Assembly: GCA_018646195.1 (NCBI GenBank)
Contig: JABGVH010000199.1
Coordinates: forward strand, 8,619 to 72,618
DNA from: Halobacteriovoraceae bacterium
GTDB taxonomy: Bacteria; Bdellovibrionota; Bacteriovoracia; Bacteriovoracales; Bacteriovoracaceae
Length of the DNA: 64,000 nucleotides
Direction of reading: 5' to 3'
Below the pieces are notes generated by a model. That model searched no databases, was not told where the DNA came from, and saw only the letters and a program-made list of their open reading frames with translations. This document shows positions 37,120 to 46,364 of the stretch, piece by piece; position 1 is the first letter of the stretch, and each line of letters starts with the position of its first letter. The position numbers were made by a program, and so were the translations under genes.

Positions 37120-39672
37120 TTAGTAACCATCAACCCCAACATTCGCATCATATTCTAGGCCATAGCTATCGGCCATACGATGAGGCTCTGTCTTACGTGG
37201 CTTCTTGGTAGGATTTTTGGTGTTATAAGTATCATGCCTATCTTGTTGAGCACGACGAAAATTCAATCGATAATCCAAGTTGTTTTCATACTCATCTCCC
37301 ACGGCTGCATCAGGTAACATAAATTCTGAGAGGCGTTTGGTGTAACGGCTATCATTACAAGAAAATAGTGAAGGATAGTAATTAGGAGCATCTGATGGCT
37401 TACCGCCAGAAATAAAAAACATATTTCGAGATTGTGTCATCAGCAGGGTTCCGAGAACTTTTTGAATGTCGACAACTCTATCAAGATTCAATCCAGTGGC
37501 ATTTTTAAAACGGGTTAGGTCATCCATGTCTCCACCAGTTTTACTTTTATTGGCAGTAAGGGAATCTTGAAAGACAAATCCCTTCTGTTCTTTAAACCCA
37601 CAATTATCACTGGGCTTTAAGTTTTGAACCAACTCTGAAGTCATAAGGCTTGCAAAGATTGAAGGAAGAGAAGCTTTAACCTCAACTTTTAATTCTTTCT
37701 CGGCAGCCTTTTTGGCCTTAGTCAGATCTCCTGATTTTAAACCTTTTTCTTTTAATGCTGCTTTCTCGGCTTTACCAACCGTACCAAGCTCACTTTTGAA
37801 TTTTTTTACAAGATCAGTAATCTCTAATGCGGCATAGGCAAGCACAGTCATTTTAGCTTTTAACTCAGCTCCAAAAAGTGGCGTTGCAATACCTGCGACT
37901 GGCCTGGAAGCATTTCCTTTTGAATCTTTTTCGATAAATTGGTTAATCCCAGAAAGATAAGCAGGAAGTTTTTCATATTTAACTGCAGGCTCTGCTTGCT
38001 TAAGGTTTTTTACATTCCCATACTTATTGCTACCCAGAACAACTACTAAATTAATATCCTTAGTCTCTGAAGTAACAAGGTTTGTATAAGGATTTGAAAC
38101 TCTCTCGGCCATTACAACAAGATTTGCCATGGCATCAACTACAACCTTACCCATACCGTGCTTACCATCAGTTGGATCATTCTCTTCGTGATTTACTAGC
38201 TTTGCAGAATTCTCAGTGACCATCTTATAAAGATATTCATCAGTGAAAATACTATCGAGTCCCTTCTTGGCTATGTAATTGCGAGCAATCTTTAACTCTT
38301 CAAGAACTGACTTAGAGCCTGTTGGAGTCCAATCAGAGCCGAGAGCGATAGTTACTCCGGCCTTATGAGCTGAAAGTATATCTGCTGTTTCTCCATATAA
38401 AAGGAAATTTGAAAAAGGAGACCAGATTAGCCCCATGCCATTTTTGGCCATAAATTTAAAACCGCTCTTATCAACACCAACGGCGTGAACCAAGTTGAAA
38501 TTTTTCTTGGCCAATCCCATGTCCTGAAGAAGTTTAAATTCAAGCATATTATAAGGATCATTGCGACGTCCTTCACCTAGGTGAGCAATAATAGCGGCCT
38601 TCCTTGGGTGGCCAATATACTTAATCTTTCCAGCTATTCCAGAGTGAACAAATGAGAGGTAACGCTCAAACTTGGGATGAACATTTGTACACGCTGCCTT
38701 AAGCTTAGGTTTGCTTTTAATGACTTTAAGAACTTCACCATCAAGCATTTTTTCGCGTGTAAGGTTGTATTCAGCGTCCACTAAAGAAGTCTTATTCTTA
38801 GCATTTTTCTTCTTGGCATATTTTTTCTTAGCTGAATCAAGCTTCTTTGTAAGGGCTACCGTTGATTTCTCAAAAGCGGCTTCTATCTCAGGCTTCAAGC
38901 TAGGACATTTCCCAATAATCACTTTTTCAAGGGCCTCTGAAAAAGAATTCCCCTTTTTTACTAATGGAGATACTTCAGCGTGAATGAATCGAAAAGAATC
39001 GGGATATACAATATCTGTAGGAGCTGCAACATTCAGCTGAGGTACTACTGGTTCACCAGCAGCATCAACGCTATCATTTAAAAATCCATCACCACTTTCA
39101 ACATGAGAGATGGCAAATTCTTTAACGCAGGAACTAGGGCCTTGAAGATAAGTCGTCCCTAAAACCATCGCCTGAAGTTCAGACCAGCGAAAAGCGGCAC
39201 AATTAACAACTTTACCGTACTCGCCAATCCAAGGATTCATATTGAGGGAAACAGCAGAAGTATAACGATTCCACTTTCTCCACTCAAAGCGATTTCCAAA
39301 TTGTCCGTGGGCGGCGCCCCAAACGGTCAGACTATTCTGCTTAGTATGATTATGAAGATCAGATAGACCTGGATAAATAACATCAAACTTGCGACCAGTT
39401 TTTAAAACTACTACCGGAAGTTTGGCCGAAGCTTGAATTCCTTTTACCGCAGAAGCTGCAATCGGCTTAACTTCGCTAATGACACCTTTTAAAATTGTCA
39501 CTGAGGCCAAGTGAGATTTAGTATTTGTTTTACCTTTTAAATAACGGCCAGGTACTTTTCCAATTAGAATTTGGGATCCTAGACCTTTACTTTTAGTGGC
39601 GCCAAAAACGCCGAATGAACTGAGTAGCAAGCTTACGATAAGCAAAAGCTTGGTGGGGACACACGCTTTCAT
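37120..39672 (-). CDS. Secreted amidohydrolase-superfamily protein (ATZ/TRZ deaminase-like core with large insertions)
   Basis: Signal peptide MKACVPTKLLLIVSLLLSSFGVFGA. Core motifs in order: SDLHNHT (HxH), IIAHLGEG, NLVHAVG, WSPFSNFLLYG, ALGSDWTPTGS. 850 aa, against roughly 400-450 for typical family members. Confidence 0.7.
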   Translation of the reverse strand: MKACVPTKLLLIVSLLLSSFGVFGATKSKGLGSQILIGKVPGRYLKGKTNTKSHLASVTILKGVISEVKPIAASAVKGIQASAKLPVVVLKTGRKFDVIYPGLSDLHNHTKQNSLTVWGAAHGQFGNRFEWRKWNRYTSAVSLNMNPWIGEYGKVVNCAAFRWSELQAMVLGTTYLQGPSSCVKEFAISHVESGDGFLNDSVDAAGEPVVPQLNVAAPTDIVYPDSFRFIHAEVSPLVKKGNSFSEALEKVIIGKCPSLKPEIEAAFEKSTVALTKKLDSAKKKYAKKKNAKNKTSLVDAEYNLTREKMLDGEVLKVIKSKPKLKAACTNVHPKFERYLSFVHSGIAGKIKYIGHPRKAAIIAHLGEGRRNDPYNMLEFKLLQDMGLAKKNFNLVHAVGVDKSGFKFMAKNGMGLIWSPFSNFLLYGETADILSAHKAGVTIALGSDWTPTGSKSVLEELKIARNYIAKKGLDSIFTDEYLYKMVTENSAKLVNHEENDPTDGKHGMGKVVVDAMANLVVMAERVSNPYTNLVTSETKDINLVVVLGSNKYGNVKNLKQAEPAVKYEKLPAYLSGINQFIEKDSKGNASRPVAGIATPLFGAELKAKMTVLAYAALEITDLVKKFKSELGTVGKAEKAALKEKGLKSGDLTKAKKAAEKELKVEVKASLPSIFASLMTSELVQNLKPSDNCGFKEQKGFVFQDSLTANKSKTGGDMDDLTRFKNATGLNLDRVVDIQKVLGTLLMTQSRNMFFISGGKPSDAPNYYPSLFSCNDSRYTKRLSEFMLPDAAVGDEYENNLDYRLNFRRAQQDRHDTYNTKNPTKKPRKTEPHRMADSYGLEYDANVGVDGY

Positions 39673-39816
39673 TGTCTCTTCCTTATTAGGTTGTGGTTAA
39701 AATATTTTCATTTATAGGCTTACTTCGGGTCAGGAATGACGCGATACGGCAAAAGGAATCTATTGTAATATTTACCTGAAAATGAGGGTTTATAGCCGCC
39801 GATAAAGGATCAAGGA

Positions 39817-41115
39817 CTAGTCCTGGCAACCACCCTTTTTAATTTTGCCCTGAATTTTAGGGTAGAGTTCGGCAGTCGAATTATCGATAAAGTAGAAATC
39901 GACTAGGCTGTTGAATAACTTTGGATCGCCGATTTTGGCGTAGCTTTTTTTGAGTTGGTTGAGGTTGCCAAACCCTTGGCCGGCGGCTTCTTCGCTATGG
40001 GTTTGGTTCATTAATTGGTAGAGGGTTGGTTGGCCCTTTGCTTCGAGTTCGAGGTTAATTAATTGCCAGACTCTGGCCGAGCCCCAAGCGTAGATGGAAT
40101 AGCTATTTGAGACGTCACGATTGACGAAATTGTGGAGGTTGTGTTGGTCATCTTGGTAGGCTTTGGGGTTGCGTCCTGAAAATTTGAGGTAGCGCTCGAC
40201 CTCAGTTAAAAGATGGCAGCGTTGTTTGTTGAGCTCCCCTTGTAATTGTTGCAACTTTTCATAGGTCGAACGGTCCTTATCAAAACAGTCCTCGATGACG
40301 CCCAGGTTGCTGACAACTTTGAGCATTTTCTCTGTTTGGGAGACACTTGACTTTAACTTGGCATCTAAGTCGCGTTTGAATGTTTGGTCATAGGCCAAAA
40401 ACCAAGTTAGTCCGTGAGCATATTGATTATCGACTCGATAAAGGCCTCCAAGCTCGTGCAGGCGGTGAGTAAAAGTATTATAGTCCTCATCACTGTTTAG
40501 CATGACGAAGGGTGGTCGATGAAAACCTGAGGCTTTAATTCCGGCCTCAATTCCTTCACGATTATTAAGCGCCGAAACTATTACAGGGGATTCCATACTT
40601 TTTGTTTTACCTGGGAATTTCTTGCTGAGCAGTCCCATTACTCGCTTAACTGTGGTGGCGTCAGGATTACCCTCTTCGGTGTAAATTGTATAACTACTTT
40701 GAGGCCCAGATTTTTCATTTTTCTTTTGGTATTTCTTTTTATCGAGAACAATCATCCCATCGTTACCGGTAGGAACAATATGTTGCTTGGGAAAAGTTTT
40801 TTCAGGAATTACTTTAAACTTAACATTTTTTCCACGATACCAAATAGGAGGAGTAATAATGGAGACATGCTTGCCCTGAATCCCGCGACCACGGATATCA
40901 ATTTCATCACTATTTTTAGTATCGAAGGGAACTGGATTCATGGTCCAACCTTTTTCAAATGGAACCCAGGCCCCATCTTTAGTCCGACCAATTTGCCAAC
41001 TATTTTCAATCTTTCGAATTTCCCAACTAGAATTATCTGGAAAGGTGCGCTTCTCTATTGAATACACATTTGTACTGAGCAATATGAAGGCAAAAAATAG
41101 AGATAGGGATTTCAA
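39817..41115 (-). CDS. Secreted protein, unknown function
   Basis: 432 aa with signal peptide MKSLSLFFAFILLSTNVYS. No recognised motif. 4-nt overlap with the upstream ORF. Confidence 0.5.
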   Translation of the reverse strand: MKSLSLFFAFILLSTNVYSIEKRTFPDNSSWEIRKIENSWQIGRTKDGAWVPFEKGWTMNPVPFDTKNSDEIDIRGRGIQGKHVSIITPPIWYRGKNVKFKVIPEKTFPKQHIVPTGNDGMIVLDKKKYQKKNEKSGPQSSYTIYTEEGNPDATTVKRVMGLLSKKFPGKTKSMESPVIVSALNNREGIEAGIKASGFHRPPFVMLNSDEDYNTFTHRLHELGGLYRVDNQYAHGLTWFLAYDQTFKRDLDAKLKSSVSQTEKMLKVVSNLGVIEDCFDKDRSTYEKLQQLQGELNKQRCHLLTEVERYLKFSGRNPKAYQDDQHNLHNFVNRDVSNSYSIYAWGSARVWQLINLELEAKGQPTLYQLMNQTHSEEAAGQGFGNLNQLKKSYAKIGDPKLFNSLVDFYFIDNSTAELYPKIQGKIKKGGCQD

Positions 41116-41654
41116 AATTCGAGCTGTTTAGAGAGCTCGACGGGTTTATCATTCCAACAAGGTTTGACTCGATTGATTCCAACTTGTGAAAAATCGACTA
41201 TTACTACCTCTTTAATAGCACTTTTATCTTCAGTGAGATTAAAACTTAGTATTGTGGAAACTTTATCTTCGGCGCCGGAGGCCTTGTAAAACACGACCCG
41301 CTGGCCTTTGATTTTGCCACTTTTATATTTCTCTTCAATTGTTTTAGTACTTAGTCTTTCATCTCCAGAAAAAGATACCTTAAAGGATTTTTTTGCCGCA
41401 TAATTCATGCCCTGCCCTGGCTTAGCGTAGAGGGTGACTTCGAAAGCTTTTTTATCAACTTTAATTGATAGGTCACACTTTGAAGCTGAAAGAGCATCTT
41501 TCATTTCAAACTTGCCACTTGAAAGTGCAGCACTCAGATCCTTGAATGCCGCTACAGAGGCATCTGTTGGTGTTTTCTCTGTAATCCACTCATCTCCCGC
41601 AAAAAGGGAAAAAGGTACTAGTGAAATAAGAAACAAAAATAGTAGTTTATTCAT
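41112..41654 (-). CDS. Small secreted protein, unknown function
   Basis: The ORF track start is 41681. The ATG at 41654 gives the signal peptide MNKLLFLFLISLVPFSLFA. Beta-rich body with two Cys. Confidence 0.5.
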   Translation of the reverse strand: MNKLLFLFLISLVPFSLFAGDEWITEKTPTDASVAAFKDLSAALSSGKFEMKDALSASKCDLSIKVDKKAFEVTLYAKPGQGMNYAAKKSFKVSFSGDERLSTKTIEEKYKSGKIKGQRVVFYKASGAEDKVSTILSFNLTEDKSAIKEVVIVDFSQVGINRVKPCWNDKPVELSKQLEF

Positions 41655-41779
41655 AATAACTCTCTGGAGACTATGCTTCAAAATTCTTTTCGACTTTCAA
41701 TCGTTTCTCTTTAATTTATTTTAAATTTTCGCTAATTACACCTGATTAAGCAGCCGAAAGGTCTTGCGAGGGTATAGTT

Positions 41780-44700
41780 ATGTCAAAATGGATCTCCATT
41801 TTTCTTGTCTTATTTTTAACAGTAAACACAGTCGACGCCCAGATTCGGCGTGGTAAGTTAGGTCAACGTAGAACCAAAGACGATGCCGCAAAACCAGTGA
41901 ACTATAAAGACACAGAAGCAGAGGACGATGAAACCGGATGGTTCGGTTCTCTCTGGAATTTTGGTGTTAAGACACTTGGCATAGGAAGCGATGAAAAAGA
42001 AGCCACCGTGACAGTCACTTCGGTTAATACCGATTCCCGCCATTGTAATGTAAAGTCTGGGCATATTGAAAGATTCGTTACTGCTATTAATGAAGGTAAC
42101 TACGGCAAGGAATTGGCCGCGGCTGTTTTAAGAGAAAGCAGAAAAGACAAATGGATCGCCTGGGAAGTTGGGCTTCATTTCTGTCGTCTCGAATATGGAA
42201 TTCCAACCACTGGACAACCCGAGAAATTTAGAAGTCTCGATGATCGCTCAAAAATCGCCAGAGACGCCCGCTACCCGGCTGGACTGCAGCCACAATTAGA
42301 AGAAGGTTGGCCTGATGATCATCAAAAGGCGCTACATGGAGTAGGAGCGACTGGACAAGTTGGAGGCCACGGCTTTCAATCAAAGAATTGTAAAGTTTGC
42401 CATGAAAAACAATGGGAAGAGTGGCGCAGCTCGGCCCACGCCAGGGCCACCGTAGACCTTGGTTTTAATTTATTTGAAAAACAACTGAGAGAAAATAATT
42501 TAGCGACTCCTCACCAAGGTCTCGGCTTTGACGGCAGTGGTGTACCAACAACTCAGCTCTGTGGTGGCTGCCATATCGGAGTTGGTCAAGAAACAATTCT
42601 CGATGCCGGCCCAGTCCCCTTAGATAGTGACCGTTTTCTATCCCACGCAGTGAGTGAGGAAGAGGCCCAGGGTATTTCCTGTGTAACTTGCCATACAAAA
42701 TCGGGAATAGATAATACAGTCAACCTCAACCTTGGTTTAACTGGAGACGGGATTGGAAATGGTGCTAGTCTCCAAGACTTTGAACCGCATAATGTTATTG
42801 GTGCTGTTCTTTGGGGACCTTATCCTCAAGATGAAATAAATTCCCCCCATACTTCCAAGCAATGGGGCTTTGCAACTGAAACCAACCACGGGAAATCAGG
42901 AAAGGGTTGTAAGAAGAAATACGACAGCAGTGGCTTATGCCTCACCTGCCATGATGTTCGCCTTCCAACTGAAGATACCAAAGAGGGTCAGCCTTTTCAG
43001 CGACTAGAAAATTTAGCGACAGAATACGGACATTATAGAGAAGAAGGTGGAAAATTCACCTGCATAGAATGCCATATGACCCAAGATCCTAATTGTAAAC
43101 CCGGCGTCTTTTCTGCTCAACCACTCTCGTCTGTTGTATCTCAAACCGGATGCCGAACCAATCACCAATTCTTAGGCATTACAGTTCCTCTTCAAAAGCA
43201 CCGTGGTCGCTTTGAAGATATTGATTCAAAAGACCTCACTGAATTAGGTGGCCATCTCGGACGAGAACAACTCCGTGAATGCCTTTTGAGACAAGCGGCT
43301 ACCCTGGATGCTCCTAAAGAAGAACAACAAATTATTCAAAGAGACGGAGAAACTCTACTGGTTATTGAACCGACCGTTTCAAATACTGGAACCGGTCACG
43401 GAATTCCATCAGGATTTTCTCAAGAACGTGAAGTATGGTTAAAAATTGAAGTGACTGATGACGATGGTAACGTGGTTTACCGTTCAGGACAGACTTGGGG
43501 AGATATAAAAGGAAAAGAACGTGAAGAGTGGGCCAAGAAGCTTGGATTTTCTAGCGTTCAGGCCTTTAATAATGTCGTAGTAGACGAAGACCTCGCCCAC
43601 GAATTAGTAGTTCTCGATCCTGTTACCATGGAAGCACAACACCTTAGGGATAAAGAGAGAGAAAAAATTGGTGCCGAAAAATACGGTACCCCTAGCTTAG
43701 AAAAATTTAATAATGACCTTGCGGCCAATCGAATTCCCGGTAAAACTGTCATTAGTGCTACTGAATTTTTAAATAACGCCATGGACTCTCCCAATAGAGA
43801 AAGATTTGCCCGACGTTATGGTTTTGATAATTTCCAAGACCTTCAAAATAAAATGGAATTTGCAGAATACTTTATCCATGATCGGGATAACCTCGCAAGC
43901 CAAGATATATTATACCGAACTGGTACAATTCAGCACGGTCCAGATTTTCCAGAAAGAGATGGTCATAGCAAACATGTGAATGGACTTAGAATTTACACTA
44001 ACCAATTTATTCGCAATCGAAAAGATGGCGGAGAGGAACTAGTATTTGTTCCTGGACTTGCCAATCACATGAATAATGATGAATCACTAAAACCTTTTAA
44101 GACAGATAAAGCACGCTACGAAATCCCTGTTGATCCCAACTACCAGGGGAGTTACAAGGTCAAGGCCAGTCTTAATTACCGTGCCTATCCTCCGCATTTT
44201 TTCAGTATGCTGGTGGAAAGCGAAAGGCGAAGGGCCATTCGAGAAAGCCGAAATCCTATCGCAGGATCCAGGGAATATCAGAATGCCGTTAAGACAATCC
44301 AAATGGCAGATATAGAGTACGAAGTGAAAACTGATCCCTCAAAAATCAAGCTGGCGCAAAAATGTCAGGATGACTCCCTCAAAAAAGTAGTAGATCTTAC
44401 TAAGAGAAATAAATCACCTGAAGATATGCTGCTTCTCACCAGTTTTGCGAATACTCTATGTCAGCAACCAGAGAAGCCAGATGACGCTCAATTAAAATGC
44501 CTATCCAACTTCATATTAGGTAGGCATCTGTTAATTGGAAACAATGGTATTTTTGGTGACACCGACGTAGCAAACGACGCCAAAAAACAAGAAGAATACT
44601 TAAAATTAGTCCAGAGCGTCTGTATAAATGGTGATTATGCCAATCGACCAGGCGATCGCTGTATAAGCGATAATTACAAAAAATATGGCTTTCAGCCTAA

Positions 44701-44812
44701 ATACTTCTTTAATTGTAAAAACCAATTAGAGGGCGTCATTTTCTTTGTAGAAAATGCCTTAAAAGGTATAGACGAAATCCAGGAGTTACCTCCCTGTCCC
44801 AATAGGGAGTAA
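41780..44812 (+). CDS. Secreted multiheme c-type cytochrome (five CxxCH) with a ~580-aa heme-free C-terminal region
   Basis: Signal peptide MSKWISIFLVLFLTVNTVDA. Heme motifs CKVCH (42389-42403), CGGCH, CVTCH, CLTCH and CIECH (43061-43075). CKVCHEKQWEEWRSSAHA resembles the cytochrome c554/c552-type motif. The tail is Cys-rich. Confidence 0.7.
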   Translation: MSKWISIFLVLFLTVNTVDAQIRRGKLGQRRTKDDAAKPVNYKDTEAEDDETGWFGSLWNFGVKTLGIGSDEKEATVTVTSVNTDSRHCNVKSGHIERFVTAINEGNYGKELAAAVLRESRKDKWIAWEVGLHFCRLEYGIPTTGQPEKFRSLDDRSKIARDARYPAGLQPQLEEGWPDDHQKALHGVGATGQVGGHGFQSKNCKVCHEKQWEEWRSSAHARATVDLGFNLFEKQLRENNLATPHQGLGFDGSGVPTTQLCGGCHIGVGQETILDAGPVPLDSDRFLSHAVSEEEAQGISCVTCHTKSGIDNTVNLNLGLTGDGIGNGASLQDFEPHNVIGAVLWGPYPQDEINSPHTSKQWGFATETNHGKSGKGCKKKYDSSGLCLTCHDVRLPTEDTKEGQPFQRLENLATEYGHYREEGGKFTCIECHMTQDPNCKPGVFSAQPLSSVVSQTGCRTNHQFLGITVPLQKHRGRFEDIDSKDLTELGGHLGREQLRECLLRQAATLDAPKEEQQIIQRDGETLLVIEPTVSNTGTGHGIPSGFSQEREVWLKIEVTDDDGNVVYRSGQTWGDIKGKEREEWAKKLGFSSVQAFNNVVVDEDLAHELVVLDPVTMEAQHLRDKEREKIGAEKYGTPSLEKFNNDLAANRIPGKTVISATEFLNNAMDSPNRERFARRYGFDNFQDLQNKMEFAEYFIHDRDNLASQDILYRTGTIQHGPDFPERDGHSKHVNGLRIYTNQFIRNRKDGGEELVFVPGLANHMNNDESLKPFKTDKARYEIPVDPNYQGSYKVKASLNYRAYPPHFFSMLVESERRRAIRESRNPIAGSREYQNAVKTIQMADIEYEVKTDPSKIKLAQKCQDDSLKKVVDLTKRNKSPEDMLLLTSFANTLCQQPEKPDDAQLKCLSNFILGRHLLIGNNGIFGDTDVANDAKKQEEYLKLVQSVCINGDYANRPGDRCISDNYKKYGFQPKYFFNCKNQLEGVIFFVENALKGIDEIQELPPCPNRE

Positions 44813-44814
44813 GA

Positions 44815-45060
44815 CTAGACTTCCATAGGGATGGGAATAAAGTACTCAGTATTCATAATTTCCGGTCGGATATCGTCGCTTGCCTTTGCAATCAATTTTT
44901 CCCACTCTGGCGTTAAAAGGACTTCTTCCTCCCCATCGTCGAGGTAATAGGCTCCACTCTTAGAGAGCACTTTCCCAATCAAAAGCCCCCACTCTTCCTG
45001 ATCATTTGGTGGGATAAAAACTAATGCCAGTGGCAGACCTACTAATTCGCTGTATTTCAT
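44815..45060 (-). CDS. Small acidic hypothetical protein
   Basis: 81 aa, 9 nt downstream of pmbA on the same strand. No recognised motif. Confidence 0.4.
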   Translation of the reverse strand: MKYSELVGLPLALVFIPPNDQEEWGLLIGKVLSKSGAYYLDDGEEEVLLTPEWEKLIAKASDDIRPEIMNTEYFIPIPMEV

Positions 45061-45069
45061 ATCTCTCTC

Positions 45070-46362
45070 CTATTTTCCTGAAACGGTCCAGCCGCTTATC
45101 TGAACCCAAGGAATAAAGCCAGAGCCTGACTCATTTCTCTCACTGGAAATATCTGTAATATTTTTAAACCCTTCTACTAAGTTTCCCGACACCATCACTT
45201 CCTGAACAGGAAATTGAATTTTACCGTCTTCGATATAGTAACTATTCTTAGCGACACCAGAGAAGTCGCCATTACCACTAGGTCGACCTCCAGAAAAGCG
45301 ACAGAGCAGTAGCCCTTTCTTAACCGACTTAATCATCTCAGCTAGCTCTTTATTACCAGCGGAGACAAAAGGGCGATTAGCGTCGTTTCGGACATTTTCT
45401 AGTTTTGTCTTATTAGCGCCGTACTGGCTGAGGAGATAGGTATTAAGCTTTCCGTTCTCAATAATTTTGAGGTCCTCTGCACGGTACCCTCCACTGGTTA
45501 CGAAGTCGCGGTCAGCAAGTAGTTCACTAGTTGGATTTGAGGAAATGCTAAGAGACTCATGAGCTATCTGCTCTCCTACTTGATCTTTAAAGACGCTAGA
45601 ACCTGAGATCATGTAATAATCTCCAAGGTAGCTAAGATAAGACCCAAGAAAAGAGTCAAAGGCATTAGGAGTCACAATTACGTCACCGACAAATTTTCCT
45701 TCTAATGGCTTAAGAACTGTTTGTTCACCAGATTGCCTTAGCAAGGTATCAAACTGAGCGGTTTCAATCAGAGGCTTATCAAGATTTTTTAGAGATACTG
45801 AGTCATAATTAAACGAGGAGACATTTCCATCTTCTTTAGAAGTAAACATCGCCATAAAGTTATAGCTACCCTTTGTCTCTTTAAAATCAACTCCATTAGA
45901 ATTTAAGATATAAGAGGTGGTGCGGTTATAATCCACCATGCATCCCTCTAATATGGTTGTTGGATAGCGTTTTTTAGTTTCCTGTTGAAACTCAACCAGC
46001 CGTTGGTACATTTTATCAAGATCTGGGGAATCAACACCATAGCTGAACTCGGCTGCTTCTTGCATGGGAGAAATATCATGGGCATCGTCAGGCTGAGAAG
46101 CTTTCGCCAATTCCAAAACATCTTTGACGGCCTGATCAATCGAGTCTTTATCTGTTTTATTTATAGAGATATTACCTATGCAATTGCCTTTTATAACTTT
46201 TAGCCCCAATCCATTATTAAAGGTAGTTCTCAATAGGTTGATATTATCTGCTTCGAGATTTAGCTCATTTTTTTCTGAGCTTGTAAGAACGCATTTTGCC
46301 TTCTCTGCACCACTTTCCATTAAGGCCTTAAGTGCATACTGGGCTATTTCTTTCGCTTGCAT
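45070..46362 (-). CDS. pmbA: PmbA/TldE metalloprotease-family protein
   Basis: 430 aa of TldD/PmbA-family layout without HExxxH. It is paired 2 nt downstream of tldD. Confidence 0.8.
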   Translation of the reverse strand: MQAKEIAQYALKALMESGAEKAKCVLTSSEKNELNLEADNINLLRTTFNNGLGLKVIKGNCIGNISINKTDKDSIDQAVKDVLELAKASQPDDAHDISPMQEAAEFSYGVDSPDLDKMYQRLVEFQQETKKRYPTTILEGCMVDYNRTTSYILNSNGVDFKETKGSYNFMAMFTSKEDGNVSSFNYDSVSLKNLDKPLIETAQFDTLLRQSGEQTVLKPLEGKFVGDVIVTPNAFDSFLGSYLSYLGDYYMISGSSVFKDQVGEQIAHESLSISSNPTSELLADRDFVTSGGYRAEDLKIIENGKLNTYLLSQYGANKTKLENVRNDANRPFVSAGNKELAEMIKSVKKGLLLCRFSGGRPSGNGDFSGVAKNSYYIEDGKIQFPVQEVMVSGNLVEGFKNITDISSERNESGSGFIPWVQISGWTVSGK

Positions 46363-46364
46363 AA

